Below are positions 62,373 through 64,000 of a stretch of DNA of 64,000 bases, in pieces. The notes beneath the pieces were generated by a model that worked only from the letters and a program-made list of their open reading frames with translations, was not told the origin of the DNA and searched no databases. The stretch is from Ramazzottius varieornatus (taxonomy: Eukaryota > Animalia > Tardigrada). The position numbers and the translations under genes were made by a program. Position 1 is the stretch's first letter, and each line of letters opens with the position of its first letter. The stretch spans positions 775,481 through 839,480 of the forward strand of contig BDGG01000002.1 of the NCBI GenBank assembly GCA_001949185.1. Reading direction: 5' to 3'.

Positions 62373-64000
62373 ATGTACGGTATCCTGCTGGAAAGCATCG
62401 TTGCTTTCATCCGGAAGTCTTACTCCGAAGAAAAGTGGCACTTGATTCGGGAGAGCGCACGAATCGACCATGACACGTTCAGCGCACACCAGGTCTACGC
62501 CGAAACGCTGATTCCACGCATCGTGGACGCCTGTCACCTGCATTTGGGTCTGTCGAAAGATGACATCCTCCTGGAGTTCGGCCAAGCCTTTGTCGACTAC
62601 GTGTCCCACTATGGTTACGACAAAATCCTCAGAGTGGTTGGTCGCAACTTTCGGGACTTCTTAAACGGTTTGTCAAGCTGACCTTTCTCAACGGCTCTTT
62701 GGATTGTGACACTACCAGGGTTCTGCAGGGTTGGACAATATTCACGAGTACCTTCGCTTCTCCTATCCCAAGCTGAAACCGCCCTCCTTCTATTGCGACC
62801 AAGAAAGCCGAACTGGCTTGATTCTCCATTACCGAAGTCGGCGTCGGTATGCTGGATACACTGGCTACGTTCTAGGACAACTCAAAGCGGTGGGACGATC
62901 TTTCTACAAACAGGAAATCAGCGTCAGCATCCTGAAGCAGGAAACCATCAGTAATATGGTCCACGTCACTTTTCAGCTGAACTTCGACAACTCAGGTACA
63001 GTACCTTTGGCCCAAAGCCAAGCTCGGCGCTTGTCGTTACGTTTTTCTTCCTCTATACCGTATTTGCTACATGTAGTTTCAACTTTAGCAGATAGAGTTT
63101 TCGTGATTCTAAAGCAAAGAATGGAGGCTGTGTTTTTTTCTCGTTAGCTTATGCTGACAAGACGATCGAGGCGAGTAACGAGAACATGGCCAACCTACCA
63201 TTACGAATGGATGTTTTTTACGACCTCTTCCCATTCCACATTCTCTTCGATCGGGACATGATTATTCGAAGGACGGGTAAGAGCCTGCGGGCCATTCTGG
63301 ACGAAATTAGCGGCCACGACGTGACGCAGGTCTTTTCACTAAAAAAGCCGCTGGTGGATTTCTCCTGGGACTCGGTAATGACAATCCAGTTTGACGAGCA
63401 CCTTTATGCCACTTCATCTTCCATCTAAAGGAGAGAGTTCATCAGGCGCGTCCCATGGGTGAATTTTTTACGACAAACACTCACCTAATAAAAAAGTACT
63501 GGAACTATGAACCTGATGTCATGACTCGAGCCGTCGGCTCGGGTCGGTACTAACGGTTGGTTAGAACCGCCGAAGCTTTCACTTAAAACAGCAGGGAGCA
63601 AACCATGCGCGGACAGACTGACGCCGGACAATTAGTTCGAAGAATTTGCAAACTTTTCACCATATTTGGTTGACGGAAACCCTTCGATTTCAGACATTTG
63701 TCAACCAAGCATGGTGAAAAGTGCTTATATGTTCTTAACTAATGGTCTGGTGTCAACCGGTCTGCGCATGGTTTGCTCCCTGCTGTTTTTGAGTGAAGTA
63801 CCTGCAGGTACCGCCGCCAGCCGTTGGCACGACTCGAGTCGTAACGTCAGGTCCAGAATTCCAATACTTTTTTATTAGGCAAATTTTGTCGTATGGGACG
63901 CGCCTGGACTTTATTTGCCTTTCATAGGTCGACAATTCTTTTCATTAGGGACGATGGATACGTGTAATGAGGTTATTATTTCCGACAGATCATGAGCCGC
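62373..64000 (+). CDS. Atypical soluble guanylyl cyclase (Gyc88E-like), H-NOX and start of H-NOB/PAS. Exons 62373-62667, 62729-62995, 63148-63374, 63989 to edge
   Basis: [47 protein letters not shown] (heme His), LHYRSRR (YxSxR), LFPFHILFD. Confidence 0.93.
63443..63906. mobile_element. hAT-like non-autonomous element, copy 2, in a guanylyl cyclase intron
   Basis: caggcgcgtccca...tgggacgcgcctg; 8-bp flanks gagttcat / gactttat. Confidence 0.75.

Overview
Eukaryotic animal genomic DNA with compact GT-AG introns and two N-gaps. The chitin synthase type and gene style suggest a panarthropod, plausibly a tardigrade (inference only). Host genes, left to right: one 3'-region exon of chitin synthase (-); a degenerate GPCR fragment; a complete, divergent 9-exon phenylalanine hydroxylase; an intronless orphan rhodopsin-class GPCR; a catalytic-domain-only ADAMTS-like (M12B) metalloprotease; three tandem CAP/CRISP-like genes (-); a secreted Gly/Asn/Tyr-rich protein; and the 5' part of an atypical (Gyc88E-like) soluble guanylyl cyclase. 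The rest is dense with transposon remnants: an Ngaro/DIRS tyrosine-recombinase retroelement inside ~250-bp inverted repeats, scrambled CRE and CR1/L2 LINE pieces, piggyBac with a nested pogo-like element, a two-gene PIF/Harbinger, Helitron-like repeats and many MITEs. The best novelty candidate is the secreted-protein cluster at 21-42 kb. Its CAP proteins combine an unassigned N-terminal 6-Cys module, a mucin stalk and a ShK-like tail, and all share a 10-nt microexon. A similar 6-Cys module recurs in an unrelated neighbour, and the metalloprotease starts with a TGF-beta-prodomain-like helix. Exon boundaries were read by eye and no database searches were run.
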